Assembly (NCBI GenBank): GCA_009103225.1 | Contig: RHPI01000008.1 | Span: 238,015 to 302,014 of the forward strand | From: Chlorokybus atmophyticus | Taxonomy: Eukaryota > Plantae > Mesostigma and Chlorokybus algae | Reading direction: 5' to 3' | Length of the DNA: 64,000 nucleotides | Shown here: positions 40,363-53,926 of the stretch, in pieces | How positions within the stretch are numbered: position 1 is the stretch's first letter | Layout of the letters: every line of letters begins with the position of its first letter | Position numbers and translations under genes: made by a program | Notes under the pieces: model-generated | Databases searched by the model: none | Told to the model about the DNA's origin: nothing | What the model saw: only the letters and a program-made list of their open reading frames with translations

Positions 40363-40435
40363 CGTGCGTGCGTGCGCTTAAATAACACGTACACAAGACG
40401 TGTTGATATCCCTTACTTTACTTCATCCTGCAGCC

Positions 40436-41589
40436 ATGACGCCTCTCTCCCCACTGATGTCACCGCCCATGCCGCCTCCACCATCAACCACCTCCCCCGC
40501 AGCCCTCCCGCGCAGTAACAGCAGGCCAAGCAACAGCAGCCCCGCCTATGAGCCGGAGGTGGTGCCCACCATCGCCGCCATCGCCGCAGCAGACCAGGCA
40601 AGAGACAAACTGTTTATTTAAGTCATCTCTGAACTCACTATTGAGGTGGTTGGTGAGGGTGTTGTTGTCCTTGTTGATGTTGTTGGATCAGGCGGTAGCG
40701 ATGCTTCAACTGAAAAACGCGGCCGAGGCAGTGCCGCCGCCCTTTGCTCACACCCGCATGCGCGCGTACACCGACCACATCCGCACCCTCGGAGGCAAGA
40801 CACAACTCAACGCCATACACAACGGTTTCGATCGCATCGTGGATGTGTTTGTGTGTTCCCAGTGTGGGTGTAACCTAGCATCATGCCTTGCAGATCACTG
40901 GACTGCAGGGGGCGGTGGTATGGGTGTTGGCGTGGGCGGCATGGACAGCATAGCTTATGGCGGTGGCGGTCGTGGAGGCGATAGCAGTGGGGGAGGAGGG
41001 AGAGTGGCTGCATCTGACGCTGCGCACGCGCTGCGGGAGCTCGGGGACTTGCGCTCAGAGATTGCGCGAGTCGAGGCGGCGCTTGGATCAATCAAGGGTG
41101 GAGCGCAGGCATGTGTGTGTGTGCGCGTGCGCGTGCGAGCCTGTGTATATGTGTCCTTGAACATGCGCGCACACAGCCAGGTTTCAATGCGAAGTGCGAG
41201 GATGTGAAACAACTAATTACGTGTAACCACTGCGCAGACTGCCCCTGAAGGCAAGAGTCCTGCCATGTGGAAGAAGGAGCTGAGGACAGGCGTCACACCC
41301 ACACAGGTGTGTATGTGTGACACGACGTCCACACAGACGACCTGTATGTAACAAACCAACTCCAATACTCCCACCCACCCACCCACCCACACATCCACAC
41401 AGTCTCGCGGCGCCTTTGAAGAGCGCCGCCGCCAGTTCTACTCCCAGCATCAGTCCTCCAACCCTCTCCTCTCATCATCCATAACCTCGCTGCCGTCGGC
41501 GCAACCCGTCGCGATCGTCGGGCGCGGGGAGGCCATCGTGTTCAACGACACCATTGCGAGGATGCTGCCGCCGGGGAGCCTGAGGTGAG

Positions 41590-41629
<40 letters not shown>

Positions 41630-44179
41630 ATGGGGGATTGGGGGGTGGGGGTGGAGGTGGTGGTGGTGGTGGTGTGGGGGTGGGGTGTCAGTGTAGATGT
41701 GTGATTGCAGGAGTATTGTGGAGAAGAAGCTTGCGGCTGCGATGGAGGCTGAGCGGTGGGAGAGCAGCGTGCTTGACCGCGAGTGGGAGATGCTAGACGC
41801 CATGCAGCGCGAGGCCGCACGACAGGTGGGCGTGCATGTGCGCGTCTCAGACTGAGCACGCCTTTGCGCACGTGTGAATATGAGCATGAGACTTCCGTGT
41901 ATGCGTGAGTGGATATGTGCGTATGCATGCACGTCCATGCATGCATGGGTGGGTGAGTGGGGGTGCGAGGTGGGTGGGTACACAATCGCATACATTCAAA
42001 GCAACATTTTGTGACCTGTGTCCAGGTCTCCGTGGCATGCGCAGAAAGGGGCCACCTCATCGAACAGGTACACACCACCACCACATCCCCCCCCCCCCCC
42101 CCCTCAATGCCCCAACCNCAACCCCAACCCCAACTTACACAAACACAAACCCACTCCTCCCCCCAGGTCCGCCTCCGCTACTCCGAGTTCTTCTCCTCCC
42201 TCCGTTCCCACTCCGTCCGTCTCGGCCTCCGTCTCTCCGCCGCTTCTTCGTCGAACGCGCGGGCGGCGTCGGCGTTGCGGGAGGTCGTGAGGGAGCGGGA
42301 CCGGCTGGAGTTCGAGGGGAGGGAGGAGAGGAGGGAACGGGAGGGGATGGAGGGGAGGGTGGAGGAGACGGAGAGGGTGAGTGCTGGTGTTATTGGTTAG
42401 GACATGAGCTGTTCTGTGTCGGAGTTCTATGCTGAGTACAGTATGCACCACTATATATCTCTAAGACAACGTGCGAGCGCGCACGCGTGCACGCGAATGG
42501 CGTGCGCGCGCGCATGTTGTAGTCCGATAGCTCGCATGCGCACACGTGCACGCGTGTGTTCTAGGGAGATATATCTCTATCTACATGTTGCTACAACACG
42601 GGTACCCCGCGGGCGTACTATTGTAAGATGCATAGTGATGCATACCATACTGGTACGTGCACACGCACGCACACCCACAGCAACCCACCCACCCACACCA
42701 CTGCTTTTCTCCTCCAGGAGTTGGCCGAGCTCCGCGCCTCCTCCGAGGCCGCCCGCTCCTCCGCTTCCGCCTCGGTCGCGTCCCTCAAGTACCAGCTCGT
42801 CCATTTCGAGGAGCGTCTCCGCGCGTCCCAGCGCGAGCGCGACTCCGCCGTGATCGAAGCCACGTCGGCCCTCGAGAAGGAGCTGAGCAGAGCCATGGAC
42901 GAGAAGGACGACGTCATGCAGAGGCTGATGTTCCTGGAGAGACAACTGGCCAAGGTCAGAGACAAGAACAACAACAACAAGGAGGTGGTGGACAAGGAGG
43001 GTAGTAGTAACTCCTCCAAGGGTGGGGGTGTTGGGTCTGTGGAGCATGTGGCGAGTCAGACGGAGGATGTGGTTATTGTTGAGGAGGGTGGCGAGGAGGA
43101 GGAGGAGGAGGAGGAGGAGAGTGAGAGTGGGAGTGAGGGGGAGAGTGAGAATGGGGAGGTGACGGCGGCGGCGGCGATGCCGACGCCGAAGAAGAAGGTG
43201 GTGAAGAGGAAGGTCAGGAAGGCGAAGAAGCAGGCGGGCAAAGATAAGAAGCTCGGCGGGTTTGCGGAGCTACTCACATCTGGTGAGTTGACACAGTGTG
43301 TGTGTGTGTGTGTATGTGTGTGTGTGTGTGTGTCTGTGTGCGTGTGCATGTGTGCGTGGGAGTGTGTACTGGTTGTGCGTGCACGTGCGTGACCAACCTC
43401 CTCATTGCAGACAAGGTTGGGAGGGTGAAGCATCGTTCCTGGGCTCTCAAGTGCGTTGCCGCCATCTGGGCCGAGAAGTGCGCTCTTGACGCCGCCGACC
43501 TCGGCACCAATCCCACCAACAACACCAACAAGGCCCAACCCTTCAACGAGTTCGTGTATGACTGGCACCTCCACCGCTACGGCCTGCGCGTGTTGGCCGA
43601 CCAGAACCTCCTCGACCTCCTCGCTAGCGTGCGCGCGCACCACAAGAGCTGTCTCAAGCTCCAACTATTCGGCGAGTTGTGCGGCGTGTTGGGTGGAGGA
43701 GGGAAGAAGGCCTCGCACCCGAGCAGGTTGGCCTTCTACGTGTTCTGTCTACAAACTGTGGCGCCCAACAACATATTGAGTCTGTTCCCGGATGGAGCTG
43801 CGGGTGGAGGAGGAGGAGGAGGAGGAGGAGGAGGAGGAGGAGAAGAGGGTGGGAGTGGTGTGTATTGGATCAAACCGGCGAGGGCGGTGGAGATTATAAG
43901 AGCAACGCTTGGAAACGAGTTCACGGATGCGGCGCTACTAAGGGCGTTTATGACTACACGGGTCGAACCACTCATCAACCCCAACACCAAGTACGTGTAG
44001 CCGTGTGCATTTGCACACACTTAAGCAGATATGCACACATGCAGTCGCACACGAGATTTCACACACAAACAAGTGTGTGCGAGCACACGCACACGCACAC
44101 GCACACACGCGTGCGCTCACCGCACGCACGCATACACATGTGCTCACACAAATGCATGCACAACCGCGCGCTCCCGCGT

Positions 44180-44226
<47 letters not shown>

Positions 44227-45817
44227 TGCGCACACAAATACAATGCATACATCCACCCACACCTCCCCTCCCCAGGCAAATCGACCTGGACCAGCTCCTC
44301 TCCGTCCTCCTCGAGGAGCACGCTTCCCGCTGGGAGCGTTCCGCCGCCCACTTGGCTTCCCTCTTCCAGTCCCGCGACGTCCACGGCACCAACTCTTTAT
44401 CCTTGGACGACTTCGCTTCGTTAATCAAGCTCTGCGACGCGGCGCTGTCGGACCGCGACGTCGTGGCGATGTACAGGGAGGGGCTGAGGGGGTATAGTAG
44501 AGATGGGGAGACGCTGGATTGCAGGGCGTTTGTGGGGGTGGCGCAGGCGCATGGGATTGGGATGGGGATGGGGATGGGTGGGATTGGAGAAGGGGTGAAT
44601 GAATACGGGCAACAGAGAGCGGTACGTGCTTGTGTTTGTGTGTACGCGTGCGCGCATCTATGCGCACACGTACACACAGCGTGCACCCGTACAAGTGCAC
44701 GCATGTGCACGCTTGTGGACGTGTGTCTACACGCGCGCGCACGTGTCCTCTTTAGGAAGCTGCGCGTGTGTGGGTGTGGATGTGTTGCCAGTGATCGTGT
44801 GCCATTTGACTTCTTACCTTTCTTGTGAACAGTCTCCGGCTGCGTCCAGTCACACCTCGCAGCTGTTGCCCCAGTCGGAGGCATCTGATGAGGCATCCTT
44901 TGCAATGTTGGACGCGGCGTTGAGCGGTAAGACGCAACACCACATGTCAACAACACCAATCATTGACCGTGCATTGACAACTGTAGCATATCACAGAGGA
45001 AGCGGGTGACGGGCCGATAGAGCAGCTGGAGAAGCTCAAGCAGAAGATAGATGACCCCGCTATCATATACGGCGTGCAGGCAAAACTCGACAGCTTCCAA
45101 CAGGTCAGGATACTTGTGCGCACGCGTGTTTGTGATGTCACCGAGTAATTGAATGATCATCACTTCTTGTTGTGGCGCAGTTGTTGGCGGCTAGATTGGA
45201 CCCGCGGGCGGCGTGGACCGCGTACCGAGCGCTGATGAGTGAGCTGCGCGCGGCCAACATGCGCTACAAGCTCGGAAGGGTGGGTTTGTTGATTGAGTTG
45301 TTCTCACTCCTGCTGTTGATGCTCTTTCTGCACAAGCGTGTTAACACCCCCCTGCGCATTACCAGAAGTCAAGCATGGTGCCTCCTCCGTCGGAAGTCAA
45401 AGGCCCGTCCGCAAACCTCCTCGCCGTCATCAACAGCGTGAACGCCGGTCTCACACCAAGGGTAAGCGCACACTACCCACACACCCACATCTCCCTGCAC
45501 ACATGTTGTCTTCACACTGACACATATTCTCTGGTAACACTCTGTAGAGTGCTGCACTACAAGAGGCAGAGTCCGAAACGGCCATCAGCATGTTGCGGGG
45601 TGACTTCCTGGCGCCGATATCCGAGGAGGACTCTATGAGCACCCAACATTCGCCCGCACCCACACCTCAAACGGCAATGCGTTCCCCATCGCCGCGCCCA
45701 CCCAGCGTCGGGAACATCGGGAACCTTGAGGACGTGCTGATCGTGAGAGGGGTCAGCCAGAGCGGGAGCCCGAGGAGCAGAAGTCCGAATGGTAGCAGGA
45801 GAGAGAGCAGCTCATGA
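40436..45817 (+). CDS. Large coiled-coil protein with an axonemal dynein light-chain (p28/AXDND1-like) motif and a C-terminal EF-hand-like region; probably cilia-associated
   Basis: Spliced exons give EWEMLDAMQREAARQ|VSVACAERGHLIEQ|VRLRY, resembling the ELIRQVxxxCAERGxLLxxVR motif of the p28/DNALI1 family. Coiled coil at 42719-43000. Later PFNEFVYDWHLHRYGLRVLADQNLLDLLAS and LFQSRDVHGTNSLSLDDFASLI (EF-hand-like). Ends RRESSS-TGA at 45817. The 5' end may extend upstream. Confidence 0.65.
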
Positions 45818-46096
45818 GATGAGATGAAGTGCGTCTCTGATTAGCAACCATATTGCACGAAAAACTTGTCTCAAAATTGTGGTTTGTACCGGTGTGCCTG
45901 CCTGTTTAACTGAATATGCTTTGCTGCGCAATCGACCGTATAAACAGGTAACAGTAGGACTGGTTTTACTGCAACGAGGGTGCAGCAAAAAAGATGTATT
46001 CAATGGTTGTACACATGAACTACGGCTGATCAAATCGAGTCTACTACTTCAATAAGATAACAAATTACAAAAATGCTCTGATGTTGAGAAGCAATG

Positions 46097-49000
46097 TTAG
46101 CCGGCAATGGCGATAAGAGCTGTCCGGATGGGCGGTATGGCTACAAAAACAGTGCTGAAAATGGCTGTGAGCGCCAGAGCGATCGCGCAAAACGGCAACG
46201 ACTCCGGCTCCTTGGCCGCAAGCGCCGCAGTCCCCAGCCCGTGCGCACTACACACACAACAACAAGTTGGTTACTTTGTTGTCTTGCCTCACATTCATCA
46301 AGCACGCTTGAACGACTTTACACAAAGCCAACAAACATGAAATTCACCTGCATGCGGTTGAAAGGCCTCGCACGACGGGGTCCCTGAACCCGAACGCGTC
46401 CATCACCGGCGCCACCACCATGGCGCCGATCAGACCCGTGAGAAACACCGCCAACGCCGTCATGGAGGAGTTGGACCCTGCAGACAAGGAAGGGTCATGA
46501 GCAAACAGTTTAGACGCACACTTAACTTGGTGTCAAAAAATTGAACTCGTGACAAACTCTGGGTTGAGCGCACAACAATGTACACACATGTGTGAGTTGG
46601 GTGCGTAGGTGGAGGTAGGTGTGGGTGTGGGTGTGAGCTTGCCTGTGCATGCAACCAACACGTGTGAGGTGATTACCTTGGAGCATGGTGTTGATTGGGA
46701 GTGCGAGGGCGACGGTGACGCATCGCGGCGCGAGGGAGCGCGTAAGTCCTGGCGTCAGCCGCGCCATGCGCCCCGCCGCCACTGTTGAGAACAGAGAGAA
46801 GAGGGCCGAGAGCGGCACAGACGTGAAGATCTCCGCCGCGTGACGTTGCATTAGCTCGCGCTCATCGTACATCGAGAAAGCAAAAGACAGCACCACCGGG
46901 CCCAGAAGTCCCAGGAGGATGTCGCCGGCACCCACATTACTCGCAACCTTTGTGAGGTAGCCTCCTGCACAACAACCAAATTAGGTGACTTACTTCACAA
47001 CGTGCAAACACGCAGGCACGCACATACATGCGCATGCATGTAGGCCTGCGTGCGCCTGTGCATGCACACCACCGCACATGTATGTGTGCAATTTGACACA
47101 CGTACACGAACATACAGACAAGCACATGCGCATGTGCATGCGCAGTTTGCATATGACTTCATGGTGCAAAACCCAACCTAGAATGGTCTCGTATCCAAGT
47201 CCAGACACAGCACCCATTGCAAAGGCTGCGATGTTGAGCAAGATGCTGCAAGTGATGATGGGATGGCAGTACTTCTTCACCGCCGGCGGAAATCTGTTGC
47301 AAGCACTTCACTTCATCGAGGTGCACGATACACAACACATGCACGTACCAAAACACGCACATACCTTGCGCCAACGACATAGCCGAACACGGAGGCCGCG
47401 AGGAAGAACGGCTGCGTGGCGGAGGCGATTGTTAGTGACGGCCAGGACCTAAAGGCCGCGAGGGCGAAGGCGGCTCCCGCAAGGGTCACTGCGCCAGACG
47501 CCAACACTTCCTAGTCAGTCTCTGTGTCAGTCCTGATGTTGCTGATCTTGTTGTTGTTGTTGAGTGTGTCAAACCCACAAGCTTCACGCCTCACCTGCTG
47601 TGTGTGAGGGGCTTGCGGGGTCACCGGCTTGGACTCGCCAAGCTCTGTCCTGGCCAGCTTGCGCACGAACACCGCCGTCCACGCTGTCACTACCATGGAC
47701 AAAAACCACAGCACACCTGCAACACATGGACCGGTGCATAGCATGGTCAGTCTGCTTCTCTGAGATTAATTGACCTGCACATGCTCAATGTAGGTCACGG
47801 TGTACTCGATCCATGATTGGACAGCAAAGCACATGCATGCGTAAACACATGCGTACATAGGTGCACAAGCGCACACATACACACACGCCCTCACTCTCTT
47901 ACATAGTATGCCGGTCATCTTGACAAGCTCCGCAGCTGCCACCTCCCGCATGACGAGCGGTAGGACGACCATGGACGGCGCGAAGAAGAGGGCGAGCCAT
48001 CGGCGCAGAAACGAACGCGCGGGCTCCACGAAACCGAGCACCACGCGCGTGGCGGGACCCTCACCGCCCTGAAGCTTGTCCGCCAGCAGAAGCGCGCCGA
48101 AGAGAAGGAACATGCCACCCAACGCACTCGGAAACTGTTGCAAAGAGTACGGTAAAGTGCACAGAGGGTTTGTGGTTGCGATGTGTAGTTGAAGGGAACA
48201 ATGGTCACATGCAAGCATAAAGCATAAGTTGCTAGCTGTAAGCATGGCTTGCACGCGCGTGTGTATGTACGCAGTTTCACCTACATATGTGCGCGTGCAT
48301 GCTTTTCAAGTGTACGCATGCGGACCCAAACGCATATGCACTCACAGAAGCGCTTATGTATAATTGTGTGCCACCTTGACAGCATACAGTCACGCGCTGA
48401 TATCACAATGCAACCAAAAGGGCAATGTGTATTCAAGCAATGCACAGAGACAAGGGTGCCTGCATGGATTCTTGAGAGGATAGGCAACACGACGCGTATG
48501 CTCAATAGCACGGCGTACATGGTTGCATGTCAACTTTCACATCAGTTGCATGTTGACACACAGCCTCCAACCATTGTGCATGAATGCGGCACAGAGCTCA
48601 CATGTATGTAATTGTGTTCAGCCGCACATGCAGCGTTGAAACATCTTCCCGCGGTGGGCATGTGTCATTCATTCACACACACCTGGATGGCCATTCTGTC
48701 AAACAGCCTGCGCAGCGCTATGTCCAACCACATGAAGGCTCCCAGCGACACCGGCAGCTGCATCCACTCGGGCAGATTGGACGCCGCCGAGGAGGACGAG
48801 GAGGCGGGGGAGGACGACGGCCAGGCGGCGTCGGCGGACTGGGCCGACATGCGCACCGTCGTCCTCCTCGTCCTCCTCCTGCTGTCCTCCAATGCATGCT
48901 TCCATCGTCGCTGCTGCGGCAACCTGGTCTGGATGCTGCAATGTCTGGAGCTCAGACACAGGAGGGGCCTGGTCGAAGTGGAGGCTGGTGCCGACCCCAC

Positions 49001-49105
49001 CGACCTCGACAACGACGGCGCCGCCCGGCCTGGCGCTGCGACAGCCACCTGCAATGCACACTGCGCTAGCGCCGCAGCGCCAACCATCGCTGCCGCCGCC
49101 GGCAT
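46097..49105 (-). CDS. PLGG1: Plastidal glycolate/glycerate translocator (LrgAB-family chloroplast envelope transporter)
   Basis: Ala/Ser/Arg-rich transit peptide, then QFPSALGGMFLLF, RWLALFFAPSMVVLPL, HPIITC, GAGDILLGLLGPVVLSFAFSM, APRCVTVALAL, GFRDPVVRGLSTACSAHGLGTAALAAKEPESLPFCAIA. TAA at 46097-46099. All introns are GT-AG. Confidence 0.93.
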
Positions 49106-50405
49106 GGCGTCAGACTAGCGGGTTAATAGAGGGTGTCAAGAGATTGTAGTGGCCTGACAGCCTGGTCGTTGGCCTGGTAGACGGGATATCCGTTGCAGAG
49201 ACGATATACCTCGGCCCAACCGGCGACGTGAGTTGGATGTACGAGATCGTGACACTTGGCGGACACGTGTCAGCTGCTCGTAGACGTCTGAGGAGTCCAG
49301 CGTACATCATTCATAGGGCATTAAGCTTAAGGAGGAGGGAATTTCTGAAGCTGCATGCAGCTTAAGGTATAGAACCTTTAAGTAAAGCCTAATGAAGCCT
49401 TCAATGATTGATTGAAGGCACAAGGTATGGAGTTGGAATGGTATACGCTACTATACATCTTATATAAAGATCATAATTTGTTGACATGAAGCATGATAAC
49501 TCAACCTGCTGATGGAAACACACAGACGTTGAGTAGGTAGCGTAGTAGCGTAAGTAGAGTGACCCGGTGGTGTATGTGAGATGCGGTGTCACATGTTGTG
49601 CATGTGTTGCTTGTGAGTAACACCCCATGCATGGTTGTGATAGGCATTCTGTGATATATGTGCTCCATATACAGCATACGATCTTTGTACACATACGCAC
49701 GCACGTTACACCATGGCAACTAAACACCCAACATGTATTGATTGTTATACACCCTATCTTGATCATTGCCAATCTGTGTATGCAGCATAGGATAGCGCTT
49801 CATTATTGAATTCAAGGTGATGGATTTGCACTGAGTATTGTATTTGTGATTGCATGTACTAAGCTTGCATATAAATGAAGTCAATAAGAGCTAAAGCTAG
49901 CGCATGAGTGGCGGCTAGCAAGGCTCATCAACATGTACTAATCATGCATATCTTCGAAGCCACCGAGAGCCTCAGCTAGCGCATGAGCAGTGGATAATAA
50001 GACCTGCTAGCAAGGCTTTGAGGTTGTGCATGCACGCCTCAATTTACTGCAATTACCATTGTTGATATTCTTCAGATATTGTGTTCAATAAGCCCAAGCG
50101 CCATACGAAGGGAGCTGGGGTATGCAGAGCCACTTCATGTTGGTAATGTGCTCTTATTGATATATGCCTTTATGCCCGCGGTTGGGGGTGGGGGGGTGGG
50201 GGGGCGGGGGCAAGTGTTAAATGGTTAATGCGCATGGCCCCACATGACAGGCCCTCCAAAACATCGCTAATGCGCAAGTGGAAGCATGCAACCTCTATTA
50301 AAGTGAAAGGCTCCATAGGAAAGCGATAGGGTTGGTCAAGGCACCACACACCGTTAGCATTCCGTGCGCAAACCTACATGAATCAAGATTTAATACTTGA
50401 CAATG

Positions 50406-50546
50406 TCACTTAGCATCTGCTAGGAGAATAAATGTCTTAAAAAACCAAACACCATCCGCCAAGTCGGCGACTGAGCAACGCTCATTTTTCCCATGCGCCC
50501 GCCGGGTATCCTCCTTGTTGATTCGCTTGGCCGAGAACCGGAAGAC
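50406..50546 (-). CDS. Second, paralogous terminal exon of the M20 peptidase (alternative last exon)
   Basis: CATGCCCAG acceptor in phase 0, open reading VFRFSAKRINKEDTRRAHGKNERCSVADLADGVWFFKTFILLADAK-TGA. It is homologous to the proximal terminal exon at 50662-50796. Confidence 0.72.
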   Translation of the reverse strand, partial: VFRFSAKRINKEDTRRAHGKNERCSVADLADGVWFFKTFILLADAK

Positions 50547-50661
50547 CTGGGCATGTCTCAAATGAAGCCCGAGCAAACTAAAATGTACATCAAACGCCAA
50601 CAACATGCCAACCTGAGCATGCTTGCAACTAATCCACAGATGGCAGACTAACTGCAGTGAT

Positions 50662-53417
50662 CTACTGCAAGAGCTGAATAAATTGGCGATAGAACAGGAC
50701 ACCAGATTCAAGGTTGCGAACAGATATGCGCTCATTCTTTCCGTGAATTGTTTTCATATCGTCAATGGTTGCGTTGATGGCTGTGAACCTGAAAACCTGC
50801 ACGCACACATGCACGGCAACGCTGCACTGCATGAGCCACAAAGCTGATCGCTGCGATAAGCGCATGGCTGACTCCAACAAAGTCATGATGAACAGTTGTT
50901 ATACATGAAAACGTACCCTGTCGCAGATCGGAATGTAGTGTCTTGAATCAGTTGCGCCGCGCACAATCATCGGCACGGTCACCACGTCAAACCCGTACAC
51001 GCGCCGTATTGCAGACTCTATTGCCTCGTACTGCGGGCCAGTGGTTGGGGTGACAGGTGATGGCTCAGTAGGACCGATGCCTTCAGGAAGCAGGCTTATC
51101 TTCACCCGATCATCATTGACCTGCACAAGCGTGTTAACTGTTGCAATGGCGTCAACCGTTGTGTTGTACTCGACAAAAGTGTAATCAACATCGCCACCTG
51201 ACCTGCTTCTGCACATGTGCGACGACATCAGCAACAGAGGTTCCCTGTATCAAGCGGAAGTTCACAACAGCACGCGCTTTGGCTGGCACCTGCAAATTAA
51301 GTCATGACTGAATTGAATGAAGGCAACGCAAATGAAGGTGAGCAGTTGTTAATATACATGTACTGCCATACTCACCACGTTCTCCTTAACACCCGCTTGA
51401 AACATGGTCGGTGCAGCTGTTGTGCGAACCATGGCATTGGAGCTGGCATCCGCGGCGAGTCCACGCAGCAGGAGTGGCTGCAAGACATGGGCGTTGGCGA
51501 ACGCAAAGCGCTGCCAGAAGCTGAAGTATGGTGCCAACACGCGAAACGTCTCCGGCACGGGTGACTGCCACATCAGCGGCATCTGATTGCGTTGCAGGCG
51601 GTTCACAGCTTCCGCAATGACGGTCAATGCGTTGCCCTGCAATGCAAAAGGGGAGGTTACTTGTGTTGCTACGTATGCAAGAACAATGCTTAATAATACA
51701 CACATGAAGCAACGCCCACATGCACCTTGGGATCTGGTATTGCAGAGTGGCCACCTGTTACCTCCGCAACCAGCTCCACACTGGCATACCCTTTCTCGGC
51801 CGTGCCAATGGCTGCAGAGCAATCACGTCATCACTTGCACATTATATGGACAAAACGTTTTTGCCAGAATGCTGCACGTAGCAAGCACAGTGCTAACTGA
51901 CGGTTACAAGACAGTACCCGCGATGGTGATGTTGGGGTCCAGGCCAGGAATAATGCCTGCAGTGGAATTATGTCGCTTCAGTGACTCAGACACATTGCCA
52001 ATCCAAAAGCCAATAGACTTCCACTTTATTGAAACACAGTGCTGACAAGCGCTGTGCTTGTAATAACACACATGCCTTTGCCCACAAAGCCAGCCTCATC
52101 GACCACGACATCCAGCCTGACGCCCCGCTCTTGCAAGTGCTCTACAATCCTCTTGGCACCAAACAAGCCCCCAACCTGATGTGCAGCATAATCACTGCTA
52201 AGTAAAGTAGATACAGGCATCCAGCAGTGTAGCAACAACTTGACTGCATGCTTGAACATTGCATGTGAGGTGGAGCAAACTTCATGGATGACTAATCCTT
52301 GATGCTTGCTCCTTATACGTCAATTGGACAAGAACAATAACGTGCCAAGAGACAAGCCTACCTCCTCATCATGGCCGAAAGCAGCAAAAATGGTGCGCTT
52401 TGGCTCAAATCCTTCCTCCAGCAGCCTCTCCAAAGCGCCAAGAATGGTAACAACCTGAGCCGAGTCCATGTTTGGTAAGCTTCCCACAAATAAGCAGCAA
52501 GCCAAATACCACCTGTTGTGCTTCTCATCGAACCTGCATCTTGATGTCGATGGCACCGCGCCCCCACACATAACCTTCAGCAATTGCGCCGCTGAATGGC
52601 GGATACAACCACTGCTCCTCAGTGCCTGGTTCAACAGGCACCACATCCTGCAGGTTGCAAGACATGTCTCTTTCACCACGCATGTTCTAAGAAATCATGA
52701 TCAGTGTATGGCTTGGAAACTGGATACTGTTGAACGCTCACTCACTGTGTGCGCCATCAAGAGCATTGGTTTCAACTCTGGGTCGCTCCCAGTCCATTCG
52801 TATAACAGGCTGTAGGTGTTGATTAGTGTCATCTGCAGGTTCCAACACAACAGCAACATCAGTGTGCGCGCGCGTGCGCTAATTGACTTGTGTGCAGCTG
52901 TCTTCCAACCCTACAGGCATAGCTTTGGCAATGTGCATACCTTCAGACGCGCATGCACAAGCGGGAAAGCCTCCTTCAGCACTTCGTGCACGCGCAATGT
53001 TTCCTCTGCGGCTTCGGGCGGAAGGTGAAGGCTCTCACTGTATGCAGCGTTGGACACAGTGCGCAGCTGGATAATTCGAGAAAGCTGCAAGCATACAACA
53101 GTGCCATCGTGTTGATGCCATTCTATTACACAACCAACACCCAGCATGCAGCTTGTGCATGTAAGCTGCATGCTCAAGAACTGGCTCCTGGCGGTGATGG
53201 TCAAGAGCATAGAGCTTACTGTTGTGGCAAGCGCGTGGCTGTCGATGTCAATGTGCCTGGCGGCAAGGTCTGCCTCGGTAGGCTGGTATGGCATAGGCTT
53301 GAGGCTCAGGCAGTTGTACGTGAAGGAGGCCACAACGCCCATGAAAGCCAACACAACAAGAATCACAGACTGGGAGAGGCCACTCCTTCTGCCCTGAGCC
53401 TTTGTCTCGGTCGCCAT
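50662..53417 (-). CDS. M20 family metallopeptidase (carboxypeptidase S / PM20D1-like) with N-terminal signal-anchor
   Basis: Exons give [21 protein letters not shown]|[20 protein letters not shown]|[41 protein letters not shown]|[16 protein letters not shown] and IHGKNERI, i.e. the expected M20 zinc-ligand motifs. Confidence 0.93.
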
Positions 53418-53500
53418 GCTGAGCTGAAATTGCAACACAATCAGCACTCCACACAAACGTTGAAGCAGTGGCAGCTTGCCACAAGCACAGCTAAGAACAT

Positions 53501-53689
53501 GACACAAACACCAAACTGCTGCAGCAGCACTGAACTGCAAGATTTGTGACTCTCCACATGCAGCAAGCAACCACCAACCAGTTGCAAGCAGGAGCTTGAC
53601 ACAAACACCGAACTGTCGCAGCAGCATTGGACAGCTGCAAATTTCGTAACTTTGCAATTGCAGCAAGCAACCAACAACACGTTGCAACC
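53501..53689. repeat. 97-bp tandem duplication upstream of the M20 start codon, in the divergent-promoter region
   Basis: GACACAAACACC.AACTG..GCAGCAGCA...GCAGCAAGCAACCA...GTTGCAA starts at 53501 and again at 53598. Confidence 0.8.
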
Positions 53690-53926
53690 AAGAGTTTTAC
53701 ACTCCAGTAGTATAGTTTCTACTTGTTGACAAGCTTAACTTGGGGTAATCAGCAAGCAAGCACGCAGCCAGTGCCAACCAACACGTACATGCAAGCTAGA
53801 GTTGTATAAAGTTGTAACTTCAATCTGCTTGTCGCGCTACCCGCAATAAGCAGAATCACCACGACGCACCCCAGCGCGGCGACAACACCACCGCCTCCCC
53901 TACTGGCCTGCAACAGCGAACAAAGA

